From Antedon mediterranea (Eukaryota; Animalia; Echinodermata): 64,000 nt of DNA. The notes under the pieces were generated by a model. It was not told where the DNA came from. It saw only the letters and a program-made list of their open reading frames with translations, and did no database searches. Shown piece by piece: positions 63,944 through 64,000 of this stretch (positions are counted from its first letter, which is position 1; each line of letters opens with the position of its first letter). The DNA lies in assembly GCF_964355755.1 (NCBI RefSeq), contig NC_092673.1:35523648-35587647 (forward strand), in the 5' to 3' direction. The position numbers and the translations under genes are program-made.

Positions 63944-64000
63944 CTGAAAATAAAAAGATGGAATTCATATTATACAGAAGTTCTTTCTATTATAGCCCTT

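Overview
AT-rich, intron-rich animal genomic DNA (invertebrate; an echinoderm-like source is an inference), not prokaryotic. The window is dominated by a tandem cluster of minus-strand, multi-exon death-fold/LRR immune-receptor-like genes, which I reconstructed by hand from GT-AG boundaries. Gene A (58375->42563; 18 coding exons summing in frame to about 1681 aa) reads tandem DED pair - tandem DED pair - two TRADD-N-like domains - microexon linker - integrated ubiquitin domain flanked by LRGG/YRGG - tandem DED pair - basic microexons - helical region - about 12 LRRs, with no NACHT/NB-ARC. Paralogous gene B (26766->8550) lacks the first DED pair and the ubiquitin exon, and has a duplicated linker block, a LINE insertion and a 1-bp frameshift before its LRRs. 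It is followed by a third, headless but open DED-LRR module (5763->1957) that could serve as an alternative 3' end. The LRRs are 59-aa double units with a near-invariant scaffold and hypervariable exposed positions, and the three copies are mosaics of each other. Introns and intergenic DNA hold six minisatellite families (one amplifying a splice acceptor), a recent non-autonomous Gypsy-like LTR element with a tRNA-Ser PBS and an accessory zinc-finger ORF, LINE fragments, a tRNA-derived SINE, hAT-, Merlin- and Kolobok-like MITEs, a 3.3-kb foldback element and Helitron/Helentron-like repeats. All domain names come from motif recognition by eye, not database searches.
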